DNA of 64,000 nt from Lama guanicoe (taxonomy: Eukaryota). The translations under genes and the position numbers were made by a program. This document shows positions 23,001-35,206 of the stretch, one piece after another (within the stretch, counting starts at the first letter, position 1; each line of letters opens with the position of its first letter). Under the pieces are notes generated by a model. That model worked only from the letters and a program-made list of their open reading frames with translations. It had not been told where the DNA came from and made no database searches. The stretch is taken from assembly GCA_013239625.1 (NCBI GenBank), contig MU053472.1, forward strand, positions 3,705,410-3,769,409. Direction: 5' to 3'.

Positions 23001-26000
23001 GTCTCCTTGGCTCCTAGGGAATCCCAGTGAGGGTGGAAAGAAGATGACAACACGTAGGGTTTCTGGGTCCCTGCCTTTTGGGAGGTGGAGGGGTGTGAGG
23101 GGTCTCTGGCTGTGCGCTCCTTGGAAAGGGTGTGCCCCAGGGTAGGGTGAGCCTAGGCAGCTGACCCGACCAGGTCCTCACCCTGCTGTGTGTGTATTTA
23201 GATTCCTCCTTGACTGCGTGCTCTGGGGTGGAGAGCACAGCCGCCCCGCAGAAGCTGCTGATCCTGGATGCCCGATCCTACACGGCGGCTGTGGCCAACC
23301 GGGCCAAGGGTGGAGGCTGTGAATGCGAAGGTACCGCTGTGACCCCAGGGTCCGCAGCCAGCCTGTGCGCTGTTGGCTGTGGTGAGGAGGGGGCTGGGAG
23401 CAGCTCGTGTAGTGAGAAGAGCCAAACAAACCTGGCCTGGGATCAGGACTCTGCCACTTACTGGCTGGGACTATGCTTGAGTTGCTTCATCTAAGTTTTA
23501 TTTTCTCATCTGTAATGTGGGGATAAAAACATGCCTGGCCACGTTGTTGGAAGATTGGAGGTTACATACATAAAGTTATTGGCACAGAGCAGCTACTGTT
23601 TGTTGAGGATTTACTATACATTGTCATGACTTGGCCATCATTTGTCATTAGTGTTATCATTACCACTATTAGTACATGGGACTTGAGCGTCCAGAGGTAA
23701 AGGGGTAATTGAGATTTTCAGAGTGTATTTAGTTGCCATCCCGGAGTGCTCTGCCCTGCCAGGGTGGCTTTGCCCACTGGGACTGCTCTTGTCCTGGATG
23801 CCTGTTTCCAGGACATTCTCTGATGGTCATACTCTCCTCTTCTGCGTCGGCAGAGTACTACCCCAACTGTGAGGTCATGTTCATGGGAATGGCCAACATC
23901 CATGCCATCCGGAACAGCTTCCAGTACCTCCGCGCTGTGTGTAGCCAGATGCCTGATCCCAGCAAGTAGGTGTTCCCTGCTCCGATTCCTTCATCCCTTG
24001 GCCAGTGCTGCTTGTTCTTGGAAGGTCTATGGGAAGATGGGAAGTGTGGAGGTACAGGGGACCTGAGGGTCCGGGTGCAGTGGGCCAGTTCCAAGAACAC
24101 TTCTACTGCTCAGCCAACGCTTCGGCACGGCCACAGGATACTGGGTTCCTTTTGTCTGGATTAGTTGTCATACTCAGAGAACACAGAGAACTTGGGGGAG
24201 GAAGTGGCAAAATGTGCATGTGACACTTCCCATCTCCTTCCGTTGATCCTGAGTCTCCTGTCGCCTCAGGTCCTGTCTTCCCTGCCCTCCTGCTAGATAT
24301 CTCTTGGCAGAAAGGCCGCGGGCTGGCTGTGGGCTACAGCTCTCACTGGGGACTTTGTTAAGGTGTGGCTGCCCATGGGTGGTGGAGAGATGATTGTAGC
24401 CTCGGTTCCCTGAGTGACAGACTCGATCTCTGCTCCGGTGTAGCTGGTTGTCGGCTCTGGAGAGCACCAAATGGCTGCAGCACTTGTCGGTGATGCTGAA
24501 GGCGGCTGTGCTCGTGGCTAACACGGTAGACCGGGAAGGCCGGCCTGTGCTGGTGCACTGCTCAGACGGCTGGGACCGGACGCCGCAGATTGTAGCCCTG
24601 GCTAAGATACTGCTGGACCCGTATTACAGGACTTTGGAGGTATTGAGAGGGGTTGGGTGGGAAAGAGCCAAGGGAGAGGTGGCTGGGGAGGGTGCTGGGC
24701 CCACTGGATCTGTCTAGGGGATCTTTCAGTAGAGGACATTGGTGGCTTTGCGTCGTCTTGTAGGGTCAGGCCTGTTCCTCTCTGAAGCTGCCAGCTCCCT
24801 GCTTCGGGTGTCCCTGGGGAGGAGCACCGTAACCTTTCCAGAAAGGCCCTGCACTTAACCTCTCTCTTCTTTGCAGGGCTTCCAAGTGTTAGTTGAATCT
24901 GACTGGCTGGATTTTGGACACAAGTTTGGAGACCGCTGTGGCCACCAGGAGAATGCAGAGGACCAGAACGAGCAATGCCCTGTGTTCCTCCAGTGGCTCG
25001 ATTCTGTTCATCAGCTGCTCAAGCAGTTCCCCTGCCTGTTCGAGTTCAACGAAGCATTCCTGGTAAGTCTGAAAGCCCGCGAGCAGGCTGGGGCTGGGGC
25101 TGGGGGCTGGCGGCCCGCGGCGCCCGGTACAAGCCGTCCTGGCCGTGCAGGTCAAGCTGGTGCAGCACACGTACTCCTGTCTGTACGGCACGTTCCTGGC
25201 CAACAACCCCTGTGAGCGAGAGAAGCGCAACATCTACAAGCGGACCTGCTCGGTGTGGGCCCTTCTGCGAGCGGGCAATAAGAACTTCCACAACTTCCTC
25301 TACACGCCGGGCTCAGAGGCGGTAAGTCCGGACCCCGACCCTGTCGGTGCGTCTGGGGGACCCGGAGGGAGAGCCGGCCGAGTCAGCGGGAAGGACGCAG
25401 GGCCAAAGGCTGAGAGGGAAGAGGGGCCTGAAACATCTCACAGAACACGCGTGTGGGGCTGCTCGCCTAGGTCCTGCACCCCGTGTGCCACGTCCGGGCC
25501 CTGCACCTCTGGACAGCTGTTTATTTGCCGGCGGCATCTCCGTGCACACTCGGGGAGGAGAACATGGACCTGTACCTCTCCCCGGTGGCTCAGAGCCAGG
25601 AGTTCTCTGGCCGCTCCCTGGACAGGTAAGAAGAGCCCTTCTTGTTCTCCTCTCTCTCCCCACCAGGAAGGCAGGAGCTGCTTTGTGTCTTGCCTAAATG
25701 CTGGTCTCTTTTTTTTATGGGATATTTTAAAGCAGTTTCTTGAGCCAGTTGAAGGAGAAACTTGGCCCAGGACTCATGGCTAGCTTAGAGTGCACTCTGT
25801 GTGTTTTCAAGGTCCCCTGGGAAGATAAGAGTGGTTACCTTTTTTCCAAGCTGCTGTCACCCTTCGTGACGTACCCAGGGCAGAGGAGAGCAGAACAGAA
25901 AGGACTATTTCAGGAAGGTTTGTGGGAATGGGCTTGACTTATGTTCACCGGGAAGGCGTGGGGAGCTTGCTGTCTTAGTCATAACCTTTGCTATGTCCAA

Positions 26001-29000
26001 CAGGAGCTTCCAGAAGCACCTGGCTCTCAGGGAAATGGGTTCCCAGTAGGGGAATGGCCTTCACATTACTCCTCAGAATTGAAAGGGAGACATAAAAATG
26101 AAAGTCATCCTCTGGCTGAATATTTGGGGGGAAGTAGAATACAGATTGCTTAAATTATAAGAGCAATATCTGTTCTTTACTAAAAAACAAAGTCAAACGA
26201 TATAAAAGTAGAAAATGACAGCCCTGCCTCCCTGAGCCTTGTCCCCACAGGTGTCCACTGTGGGCACTTTGGTGACTGCCCTTCCAGGTGTTTATCTCTA
26301 CGTGGCACACTCATTTACAGATGTTTTTTTAAAACACAAAAAATGAATCATATTTTGCACACTGGTCTGCAAACTGTTTTCCACACTTTGTGTTAGGATG
26401 TCACCCCATGACAGCACATATAAAGCTGCGTTATTGTTTTTAGTGGCTGCATAATAGTCCAAAATTAGAGTATATCACAATTTATAAAACCAGCTTGCAA
26501 CTGGTCGTTTAGGTGGTTTCCTTTTTTTTTTTTTAAATCGTTACAGGGGTGTTTCAGTCAACATTCTCATATGTGTATCTTTTAAAAAATTTTGGTGAAA
26601 TACACACACTGTTTACCATCTAAGCCATTTTTAAGAGTACAGTTTAGTAGTATTACCTTACATGTATACTTTTGCATCTGTGCTAGTATTTCTGCCAGAT
26701 AAATTCCTAGAAACGACCATGCTGGGTTCAGCGGATAGGTGCATTTCAAATTTTGATCTTTGTTTACTGGTGGAAGGTTTTTAAAATTAAAATATAACTT
26801 TTATAACTGGTTGAGTATTATAAAGGAAAACAAAACACCCAACTCCCTAAATGATTGGTTTTAGGATCTTTCGAGCTGAGCCCATTGTCAGGGGCCTATG
26901 GATAGGTTGCAGGAATTCTGAGAGTTTCTCCCTCCCCGAGTTAGCGGAATTTGGGTATAGGTTCATAAGTTTGCTTTTCTAGGGAGAGGTGCCGTAACTT
27001 TGTATCAGATTCTCGATAAGTTCTATGACCCATTTAATAACCATTGCTTTAAATCCGTATCTAATTTTTCAAATCAATAAATGTTTCTTAAATGCCTACA
27101 GATTGCCTAGTACTGCACTAGGTTTTATGGGCTGTACCAAAGACATAGATGATATTGATCCTATTTAAGATACTTTTAAAAAGCTGTAAGATGAGACATA
27201 GGACAACTAGAGAACAGTTCTAAGTTAGCATTTGAGTGAGTAAGAATGTGTGTAGTTCAAAGCTATTAGAGAACTAAGGAAGAAAGAGGTCATTTCGTGA
27301 CTGTTTACTCTAGAGAAGTTTTCATGGAAGACCAGGCAGGAACCATGGCTTTTCTGTGTCCCTGGTATCTGGCTCGGGGCCTGGCACATAATAGGTGCTT
27401 TAGTAAATGCTTAAACAAACAAACAAATGGGTGGAATAAAGGGAGCTTGGCAACAAGGTTAGTGGAAAGGGGTCCAAAGGAATTGGATATGTGAGAGAGA
27501 TTTAAAAAAAAAAGAACAACAACCACCTCTCTGGAGCCGGCAGGGGTTGGGAAGGGGCTATTTTGAGGACTAAAAAGAAATAAACAAACGATAGCTCACT
27601 GAGGGCTTTAAACATTGAGGAGTTTATTTTGATTCAGCTGTTAATAGCAAGTCATTGTATGAAGTCATCGTGACCTGGGATTTTTGGAGAATTAATCAGT
27701 GAGCGGGGAAGTTGGAGGCACAGAGACCAGCCAGCACTGCTGAGATTCAGATATGAAGGGAGGAGTCCTGGGAAAGGAGAAAAAGTTAAATTCAGACATT
27801 GTGGAGAAGGCATTAGCAGTCTGGAGTTGACGGAGTGTTGGAGGGTAGAAGTTGAGAGTAAAGATGACAGTCAGGGGTAGGTCCCAGGGTTCCCAGCTCA
27901 GAAACCAGGAGGGTTATTAGTACCACCTATAGACACACAGAAGGTGGGAAGACGAGGCAGTTCAGGGAGAAAGAGGAGACACAAGCAGGCTGGGATTGAA
28001 ATATTAGTTGGCAGCAAAGAGGGGGTGTGCTGTAGGCAGTTCAAGATGGAGTTGGATTTAGAGGAGAAATGGTACAAAGGTTTTAAAGGAAATGGTTTCT
28101 CTAACAGCTGACCTGATTTACCTTTGGTTCTACCTTTCCCTAGATCACAAATGTCTGGCTCTCTTTCTTTTTCCATTAAAGTCCAACACGTTCTTCTCTG
28201 CCCAGCCCAACCCTACCGTCTCTGTGTAACCTTCCCTGACCACGTTAGCTGGATGAGTGCTTTCATGGTTCCGTGCCCCTCAGGCGTTCCTGTCTCTGGC
28301 AGCTCTGTTAATTAGAGCTCTGGTGCACATGGGAATCAGCAGTGGAGGATGGCAGATTGTTGATACTATTGAATCTGGATAAAGAGTACATTGGAGTTCT
28401 TCATACTCTTCTCTCTACTTCTTTTGTATGTTTGAAAAGTTTGCAAAATAAAAAATAAAACAAAAAAAGAGAAAAGCTAAGAAGTTGCCAAGCTGAGATT
28501 CAAGCTCTGTCTGTGGGACTCCAGAGGCTGTAAACATAACCATAGTTACTGCCTTCCTGGGATTTGTTAACCACCCGCCACCCCCAATCAAACACAAAAA
28601 TACTTTTTAAAAAGTATTAGTAAATTTCAAAAACCAAACACTGAAAAAAAATGAGCTGTACTGTAACTCTCCCTTTGAGGGATTTTTCTGTATGGGCTGC
28701 ACTGACTGGGGCATCTGAAAAAGGGAGTCTAGTGAAGTCTGTTTCCTGGCAAATTTCCCCTCAAGTTTTTGTTGCCCGTGGCACTTCTGAACTGTGCTAA
28801 AAACCAGGGCAGTCATTCTTGAAAATGTCTGTCATCCATTTGGTGTGCGTGAAACTCTGAGAGCTGTGTACGAGGGCAAGTTGCCATGGTAACTTGGGAT
28901 TTGGAGGAGCACATTGCCGCTAAGTGGTTGTAGAAAGCTGTGTTGGCTACTACTGTTATGGAGGGATAATTTATAATAAGGAATGTTGTAAAAATGAGGA

Positions 29001-32000
29001 GCTGTGAGTGTAGTCTTTAATAAGTTTGTGGTTGGTTGCCTATATTTTGAATCCTCATAGCATCTCTGCAAGGGAATTTATTGTCATTTTACAGAGGAGA
29101 AAAACCAAGTGTCTGAGGTTAAATCGCTAAGTTGTCACATAGCTAATCAGTGTCAGAGCCAGTATCGTCCAGCGTCAGAACCCACCTTTTTTCTGCCTTG
29201 CCATGTGCGACTAGGTTTGAGACCGAGATGTAGTCCTGGCGGGAACACTAGCTTTAGAAGGCATCAGCTTAGAAGGCAGTGGGAGCCACGGGAGTGGTTG
29301 AGATCGCCAGGGAGACCGTGTAGGGTGAGACTAATGAAGCTGAGGACAGAGCCCAGGTTCTTGAGAGCAGGGTTCATGTCCTGCACTTTCTGCAGAACAG
29401 ACGTTTTCCAGTGACCATTTGTAATTATTTGTAATCTGAAATGTTGTTGTTTCCTGTGAATTCTGGCTTTGATTGCTTTGATGACTTGATTCTCTGTATT
29501 GGAGGGAGCTCCCATTCCCTGACTTGGTGATGCTGTGTTGTCATCCTAGATTACCTAAAACGAGATCTATGGATGATCTTCTTTCTGCCTGCGACACAAG
29601 CAGTCCCCTGACACGCACATCCAGTGACCCCAACCTGAATAACCACTGTCAGGAGGCCAGAGCGGGCCTGGAGGCCTGGCACGGCAATCCCGAGGGATCG
29701 GAGACCACCTTCGTGGAGTCCGGGGCAGGAGGTCCTCAGCAGACTGCAGGAGAAGTGGGTCTTCCTCCCTCTCAGCCCAGCAGCCAGAAAGACTACTTGA
29801 GCAATAAACCTTTCAAGAGTCACAAAAGCTGTTCCCCGAGTTACAAACTGCTTAATGCCACCGCGCCCCAGGAAACGAGGAGCAACACCCCTGATCTGGA
29901 AATCAAAGTCCTGGAAGAGACGAAGGCAGCAGCTCCAGACCCGCCCACCCAGGATGAGCTGGGTAGGACTTTAGATGGCACACAGGAGCCACCCGAACCT
30001 TGTCCTGAGAAAGCAGCTGTCCGTGCGCTCTCTAAAGTCATTGCCAACAAGGGTGGTGGAATCTGTGATTTTCCTGAGTCTTCCCAGGACTCCCTTCCAG
30101 GTGCCCCCCAGCAGGCCCAGCCAGACTCTGGGCTGGGTGTGCCCTCCAGGTGTGCCCCAGATCACAATCTGGGCACCCTTTGCAACCCACCGAGTGCTAC
30201 CTGCCAAAATCCTCCAGACCCAAGTGCTGACTTTCTCAACCAAGACCCCCCAGGGTCTGTGGCAAGTATCTCCCACCTGGAAGAGCCCAGTTCTGTGCCA
30301 GATCTGATTCACGGGGAGGAAGACATGGGCAGGAGAGGGAGTAACAGGAATGGGCAGTTACTGGAAAACCTTCGCTTTGGGAAAGTACCGTTGGAATTGG
30401 CCCGAAAGCCAATTTCTCAGAGCCAGATTAGTGAGTTCTCTTTTTTAGGGTCCAACTGGGACAGCTTCCAAGGGATGGTGACCTCATTCCCGAGTGGGGA
30501 GACTACCCCTCGGCGGCTTCTTTCCTATGGCTGTTGTAGCAAGAGGTCGGGCAGTAAGCAGGTGCGCGCAACAGGGCCCTGCTTTGGGGGCCAGTGGGCT
30601 CAGAGAGAAGGGGTGAAGTCACCAATCTGTTCTAATCATTCCAATGGACACTGTACTGGTCCAGGAGGGAAAAACAACCGGATGTGGTTGTCCGGTCACC
30701 CCAAGCAGGGCTCCAGTATGAAGCCTGTTCCACTGAGCTGCCCTTCTCCAGTGCCTCCCGTCTACCTGGATGATGATGGACTGCCCTTTCCCACGGATGT
30801 GATCCAGCACAGGTTACGGCAGATTGAGGCAGGGTACAAGCAAGAGGTGGAGCAGCTACGTCGACAGGTGCGTGAGCTTCAGATGAGGCTGGATATCCGT
30901 CACTGCTGTGCCCCGCCAGCAGAGCCTCCCATGGACTATGAGGATGATTTCGTAAGTACTCACCTGTTGCCGTCCAGCGGCTCATTTAGCCTCTCCATCC
31001 AGCCTTCCATCCGTCCCACAGCCATCCTCTGGGCACTTGCTGTGTGCCGCTGAGTTAGGTGGTTGGGCTGTAGGATGAAAGTCCCTGCTCTCAAGGAGCT
31101 CACGGTCTGTTGGGAGAGACAGGCAAACAGCTAAGAGTGCTGTTCTTAAGCGTTCTGACTGAGGGAAGCATTAGGTGTTGGGGGCCAGCGTGGAGTGAAA
31201 GGTCAGGGAAGGCCCTCCTGAGAAGGTAAGGCTTGAGCTGAGTGCTGAAGAACGAGTCACTTTTGGCTCTGTGGATGCCATTCGCAGGAGTACGGAGGCA
31301 GCAGGTGCTCCTTGAATAAAGGGCTGTGTGTGCGCGCGTGTGCATGCGTGCACACTTGTGCTGGGCCTGTGCAGGAGGGAGCTGGGTGCTGCGGTGGGAG
31401 GTGATACTGGGAAATAGAAAGGGATTAGAAGGATCCCCTTGAGTGCCCTTCTGGTATGGGTTCTACCTTCAGGGCAATAAAAGTTTGGCGAGTGAGTAAC
31501 ATGATTGCATTTGTATTTAAGAATACTATCCTAGCAATGGTGTGTCATGTGGATGAGGCAGTTGGAACCCAGGTTAGGAGGCCGGTTAAGAGGTTTTGGA
31601 ATAAGGTGAGAGACGATGAGGACCATCTAGGCTTCGCTGTGTGGAGAGGGCTTGGGTTCTGGCACAGCGGTCCTTGGGGAGCTTCTAGGAACCAGCTCTC
31701 GGACAGTCCCACTTGCCTGCTGCCCACTTCTCTGCTGGTGGGATGGTCAGGGCTGACAGCTTCTTACTATTCAAGGTGACGATTTAGAACAGGGGTCAGC
31801 AAATTTGCTTGGTAAAGGGCCAGACAGTAAATGCTTTAGACTCAGTCTCTCTTGCAGCCACGAGGCTCTTTGTTGTAGCACAGAAGCAGCCATAGGTAAT
31901 GTGTAAATGAATTGAGTGTGGCTGTCTTCTAATAAAACTTGACTACAGAAACAGGCCGTGGGCCAGACTTGGCATGTGGGCCATAGTTTGCGAAGTCCTG

Positions 32001-33126
32001 GTTTGAATGTAACAGGGGAAGTACTCTCTCCATACTGTGATACAGCATGTTGGTTAAGAGCACGGGTCTGAAGCCAGAATGCTAGGTCCAAATCCCAGGT
32101 TTACTACCCATCAGCTCTTAACTCTCTCTGTGGCTTAGTTTCCTTCTTTGTAAAACGGGGATAATAATAGCATATACATCATAAGACTGTTGTGAGGAAC
32201 TAAGTAATTTCATGCATGTCATGCACTTAGCGCCTGACACTTGGTCAACAGTAAATGTGATGATGAACGTTTTGAGGAGCAGTGATGTCTTTGCATTCTC
32301 TTCAGACGTGTTTGAAGGAGTCAGATGACAGTGATACAGAAGATTTTGGCTCTGATCACAGTGAAGACTGCCTTTCGGAAGCAAGCTGGGAACCTGTTGA
32401 TAAGAAAGAGACTGAGGTATGTCCAGACTAATTGTGTGGTGGGTACTTAGGCAAGCTGGTGAGTTCTCATATTTCTCAGAGATGAGTGTCGTGCTGTCCC
32501 CAGCTGAGTCTCTCTGGAGGCAAGCAGTGGCCGCCTAAGCCTTGTCATTGTCTTCTGGGCTGCTTTCCTTATTGCAGTGTTGGTCTTCCACTTTGTTGAC
32601 TAGGACCTGGAACTTTTCCTTGTGCCTTCTGTTAGGTGACTCGCTGGGTTCCAGACCATATGGCATCACATTGCTATAACTGTGACTGTGAATTCTGGTT
32701 GGCCAAACGCAGACACCATTGCAGGTAAGATGTTTTACAGGATTCAGTATGGCTCGTGAAGCCATCCTGAGGTACACTGACATGAACTAAACTGAATTAA
32801 TCTGAAACTGGAGACATCTTTATAGGAACAAGTTTTGTTTTCTCCCAACTTTTCTCTTTATTTACTCATGTAAGGCCTTTTTAGAGCATCGTTCATTCTC
32901 AGTGTATGGGCATTTCTGATGAACTCTTCCCTCTCTGTGCTTTGGCAGAAATTGTGGGAATGTATTTTGTGCTGGCTGCTGCCACCTGAAGTTGCCCATT
33001 CCTGATCAACAACTCTATGACCCAGTTCTCGTCTGTAACTCGTGTTACGAACATATCCAAGTATCTCGGGCCAGGGAACTCATGAGCCAACACCTGAAGA
33101 AACCCATTGCTACGGCTTCCAGTTGA
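16911..33126 (+). CDS. MTMR4: Myotubularin-related protein 4 (phosphoinositide 3-phosphatase with FYVE domain), long isoform 1210 aa (span)
   Basis: 18 GT-AG joined exons in consistent phase, total 3633 nt. Catalytic HCSDGWDRT at 24556-24582, PPVY at 30754-30765, coiled coil, FYVE motifs WVPD / RRHHCR. Confidence 0.97.
18340..18429 (+). CDS. MTMR4: MTMR4 exon (GEEGPPSLEYIQAKDLF...NLQ)
   Basis: CAG acceptor, GTAAGG donor. Confidence 0.96.
18762..18878 (+). CDS. MTMR4: MTMR4 exon (VPFTVLQGEG...DSVIN), PH-GRAM region
   Basis: CAG acceptor, GTGAGT donor. Confidence 0.96.
19120..19310 (+). mobile_element. MIR SINE
   Basis: GCCACTTAGCAACTGTGTGACCTTGGTCAAGTCAC core. Confidence 0.65.
19401..19483 (+). 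CDS. MTMR4: MTMR4 exon (VPLRMIDSVESRDMFQLHITCKDSKVV)
   Basis: AAG acceptor, GTGAGC donor. Confidence 0.95.
19706..19749. repeat. Perfect 22-bp tandem duplication
   Basis: AGCGCCGAGGGTGGTGTCTGGC x2. Confidence 0.92.
19774..20545 (-). mobile_element. LINE-2 3' fragment
   Basis: TTCATTTATTTATTCATT end and typical L2 motifs (CTGCCCTCGTGAAGCTTATATTCTA, GGTGACATTTGAG, ATCACTCTGGC). Confidence 0.75.
21210..21370 (+). CDS. MTMR4: MTMR4 exon (CHFSTFKQCQEW...HLCQP)
   Basis: CAG acceptor, GTGAGG donor. Confidence 0.96.
21436..21495. repeat. 30-bp tandem duplication (3 mismatches) in an MTMR4 intron
   Basis: GACATGGTGTCCTGRGACRCTGACCRGCGT x2. Confidence 0.92.
21512..21608 (+). CDS. MTMR4: MTMR4 exon (EHIRCRQEAELARMGFDLQNVWRVSHINSNY)
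   Basis: CAG acceptor, GTGAGA donor. Confidence 0.95.
21810..21923 (+). CDS. MTMR4: MTMR4 exon (LCPSYPQKLLVP...RIPVVVY)
   Basis: CAG acceptor, GTGAGG donor; myotubularin domain. Confidence 0.96.
22186..22393. mobile_element. MER58-family hAT-Charlie MITE
   Basis: Terminal inverted repeats AGGGGTTGGCAAAC ... GTTTGCCGACCCCTG. Confidence 0.75.
22756..22952 (+). CDS. MTMR4: MTMR4 exon (HLRNGAVIARCSQP...ACDTDF)
   Basis: CAG acceptor, GTAAGG donor. Confidence 0.95.
23202..23330 (+). CDS. MTMR4: MTMR4 exon (SSLTACSG...LILDARSYTAAVANRAKGGGCECE)
   Basis: TAG acceptor, GT donor. Confidence 0.96.
23854..23965 (+). CDS. MTMR4: MTMR4 exon (YYPNCEVMFMGMANIHAIRNSF...PDPS)
   Basis: CAG acceptor, GTAGG donor. 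Confidence 0.96.
24444..24639 (+). CDS. MTMR4: MTMR4 catalytic exon (WLSALESTKWL...VHCSDGWDRT...YYRTLE)
   Basis: TAG acceptor, GT donor; intact CX5R motif. Confidence 0.97.
24877..25062 (+). CDS. MTMR4: MTMR4 exon (GFQVLVESDWLDFGHKF...FEFNEAFL)
   Basis: CAG acceptor, GTAAGT donor. Confidence 0.96.
25151..25321 (+). CDS. MTMR4: MTMR4 exon (VKLVQHTYSCLYGTFL...TPGSEA)
   Basis: CAG acceptor, GTAAGT donor. Confidence 0.96.
25471..25625 (+). CDS. MTMR4: MTMR4 exon (VLHPVCHVRALHLW...GRSLD)
   Basis: TAG acceptor, GTAAGA donor. Confidence 0.95.
29550..30951 (+). CDS. MTMR4: MTMR4 large exon (LPKTRSMDDLL...PPMDYEDDF): disordered linker, PPxY motif and coiled coil
   Basis: 1402-nt open exon, TAG acceptor, GTAAGT donor; lies within ORF 29524-31053. 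Confidence 0.96.
31790..32000. mobile_element. MER58A-like hAT-Charlie MITE
   Basis: CAGGGGTCAGCAAA...GTAAAGGGCCAGA...GGGCCATAGTTTGC..CCTG. Confidence 0.78.
32041..32255 (+). mobile_element. MIR SINE
   Basis: TGGTTAAGAGCACGGGTCTG.AGCCAGA...AGTTTCCT..TGTAAAA.GGGGATAATAATAG core. Confidence 0.8.
32306..32416 (+). CDS. MTMR4: MTMR4 exon (TCLKESDDSD...VDKKETE)
   Basis: CAG acceptor, GTATGT donor, 37 codons. Confidence 0.94.
32636..32724 (+). CDS. MTMR4: MTMR4 FYVE exon (VTRWVPDHMASHCYNCDCEFWLAKRRHHC)
   Basis: TAG acceptor, GTAAGA donor; FYVE WxxD and RRHHC motifs. Confidence 0.96.
32949..33126 (+). CDS. MTMR4: MTMR4 last coding exon (NCGNVFCAGCC...ATASS*)
   Basis: CAG acceptor, TGA stop 33124-33126. 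Confidence 0.96.
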
Positions 33127-35200
33127 ATGCCAGAGGAGACGACCTGTCCAATTTTAGCAGGTTTGAAGGGAGGATCTGCTTCAGGTGTAGTTTTGAAGGT
33201 TCCTTGGTGTGGCTCATGAAATCACAGAGCTCAAAGATACAGTCTTGCGAAATCCTCCTTGGTACCATGAGACTGGAGCAGAGGAATTCCAATTTGGCAG
33301 GAGGTCCTCTACTGGTGAGACCCTCCCCTTGGGGTAATGGTCCTGATCCAGACCCAGAGTCTGGAAGCTTAACGTTGAGTTGGTGACTCCAGTTTCTTTC
33401 TCCGGGGTCACAAGATGATGATTTCATAGATACTGCCTGGTGATGCGTGCCCCAAACAGCAATAGAAAGTCATGTTTAACCAAACTCCAAGTGATAACCA
33501 GATCCATCTCTCCTCCACCTTGAAAAAAGCAGATTATAGTATCTAAGATAGGAATTTCTATCCTATTTGAGAGGAATTATATACCCTGTACCTCTGTGCT
33601 CTGTGTCTGTGCATGAAGGCTCAGTCTTTAGAGGCACTCCCTCTCGTTGCATTAGTTCTGTCTTTCTGTGGAGTTTGGTTTAAAGACTGGTTCATCAAGT
33701 GGAGATTTTGCTGTATTTTTCACTTGGCTCATCAGCCAGCATCAGTGAATATTCAGTTTAGGGGGACAGTTCTAGGGAGTGAGTCACTTTTGGGGAGCAG
33801 AGGAAGACTCTGCTGATGTTCAGTCCTGGCAAAAATCAGTTATTTTTGAGCTGTGAAAGCAGTAGTCTTTGTCACTCAGTGGCAGCTCTTGAGGTAGCAC
33901 TGTGAAGAATGAGAAGGGAAACATAGAAATGATCCTTGTGAAATATTTGCTGATTGTGCCCGACCCTTTGCGCCTTGACTTTTCCTAGTTGTCCTGGTGC
34001 TAACACAGGAGCTACACCTTGATCCTCTCCTGGCATGAAAATAAAACAATGTTTTTTGGGGGGTTGTTGTTCCATTGCCCACTTCCCTCATGTCGTCTTT
34101 CCCTTGGCTGCTGCCTCCTCTGGGTCACACTGCTTCTTATCCTGAACACTTGACACCTTGAGGGTAGAATTTAGCGTTTGGTTTTTACCTCCTAGAATAT
34201 GCTGTTTGGTATGTGAGGGTTTCAGTACAAATGCTGCTGTCTATTTCTGTGCACTTAACAATGGAACCCAAACAGAAGAGAATAAAGCCTTGATACCAAA
34301 ATTGGGAGAGAAAATGTGTCCATTTGGACCAAACGTTGTGGGTTTTGTTTTTTTTTTCCATCTTACTATGTACCAGTGGCACTTAACCAAAAGATACAAT
34401 GATATAGCCATGTACTGTGTTTGGGACAGATACAGTCTCCTTGATCTATAATGCATCCCCTAGGATTTCCTTGTGCATTGTCCTTAATTCGTTGGTGTAT
34501 AAAAGGTAAATTACACTGAGGCTTAGCCTGTTTTAAAACTATGGTAGCTGTCTAACTGCTACTTGTTCATGTTGCTTCCTAGGAAAAAAATTTTCACTCG
34601 AAAATAACTAGGATCTGCATTTAGAACAAGAATTGTTACTTGTCCCGACCTTTCCTTCAGCCCTACAGAGAAGCATCTGTGCTTTTATACTTGCCATGGA
34701 CGTAACCTAAAAAGTTTTGGCGTATTTAGGTCAGTCTATCAGAACTTTTTTTTTTTCTCGTTTAAATGGAGTTGAATAATGGAGATTTTGTGTGTGGGAA
34801 ATTCATGAGATCATTGAAAAAGTAACAGACTCTTCCTTGTCTCTGATACGTAGAATTCTAAGCATTTTCTCAGTCATTAAAATTTACTGCCAGTTGTGAG
34901 TGGCTTTTTAATTAACTTTCATTGCACTTCACTCTGCCCATTTTCAGGGGAGTCAGATTGGCAACATTTGAGGAGACTGTATCTTGTCTACTTTGTGTGG
35001 CTGTTTTGAGGGACTGTCCTATCAGTGAACATACTGCATGGCCTTGGAGAGAGACTCTGGGCTCTCGGCTCAGATGTATTCATCAAATACTCCTTTCAGA
35101 GCTCTTGTGGGTGTAAGTGACATGATGTGGCCAAAAATCCAAACTGTGCAGTTGCGTTGTGACAAACATGCAATGTGCTGTAAAAACTCAATACAATTTA

Positions 35201-35206
35201 AATAAA
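35201..35206 (+). terminator. MTMR4 distal polyadenylation signal (3' UTR about 2.1 kb)
   Basis: AATAAA followed by a GT/T-rich element; proximal AATAAA also at 34040 and 34281. Confidence 0.75.

Noticed and set aside
29524..31053. 509-aa ORF as a stand-alone gene
   Set aside because: It is the large internal MTMR4 exon with splice sites at 29550 and 30951.
33127..35200. miRNA seed matches in the MTMR4 3' UTR (e.g. TTGCACT at 34922)
   Set aside because: Single 6-7-mers are expected by chance in 2 kb, and conservation cannot be assessed here.
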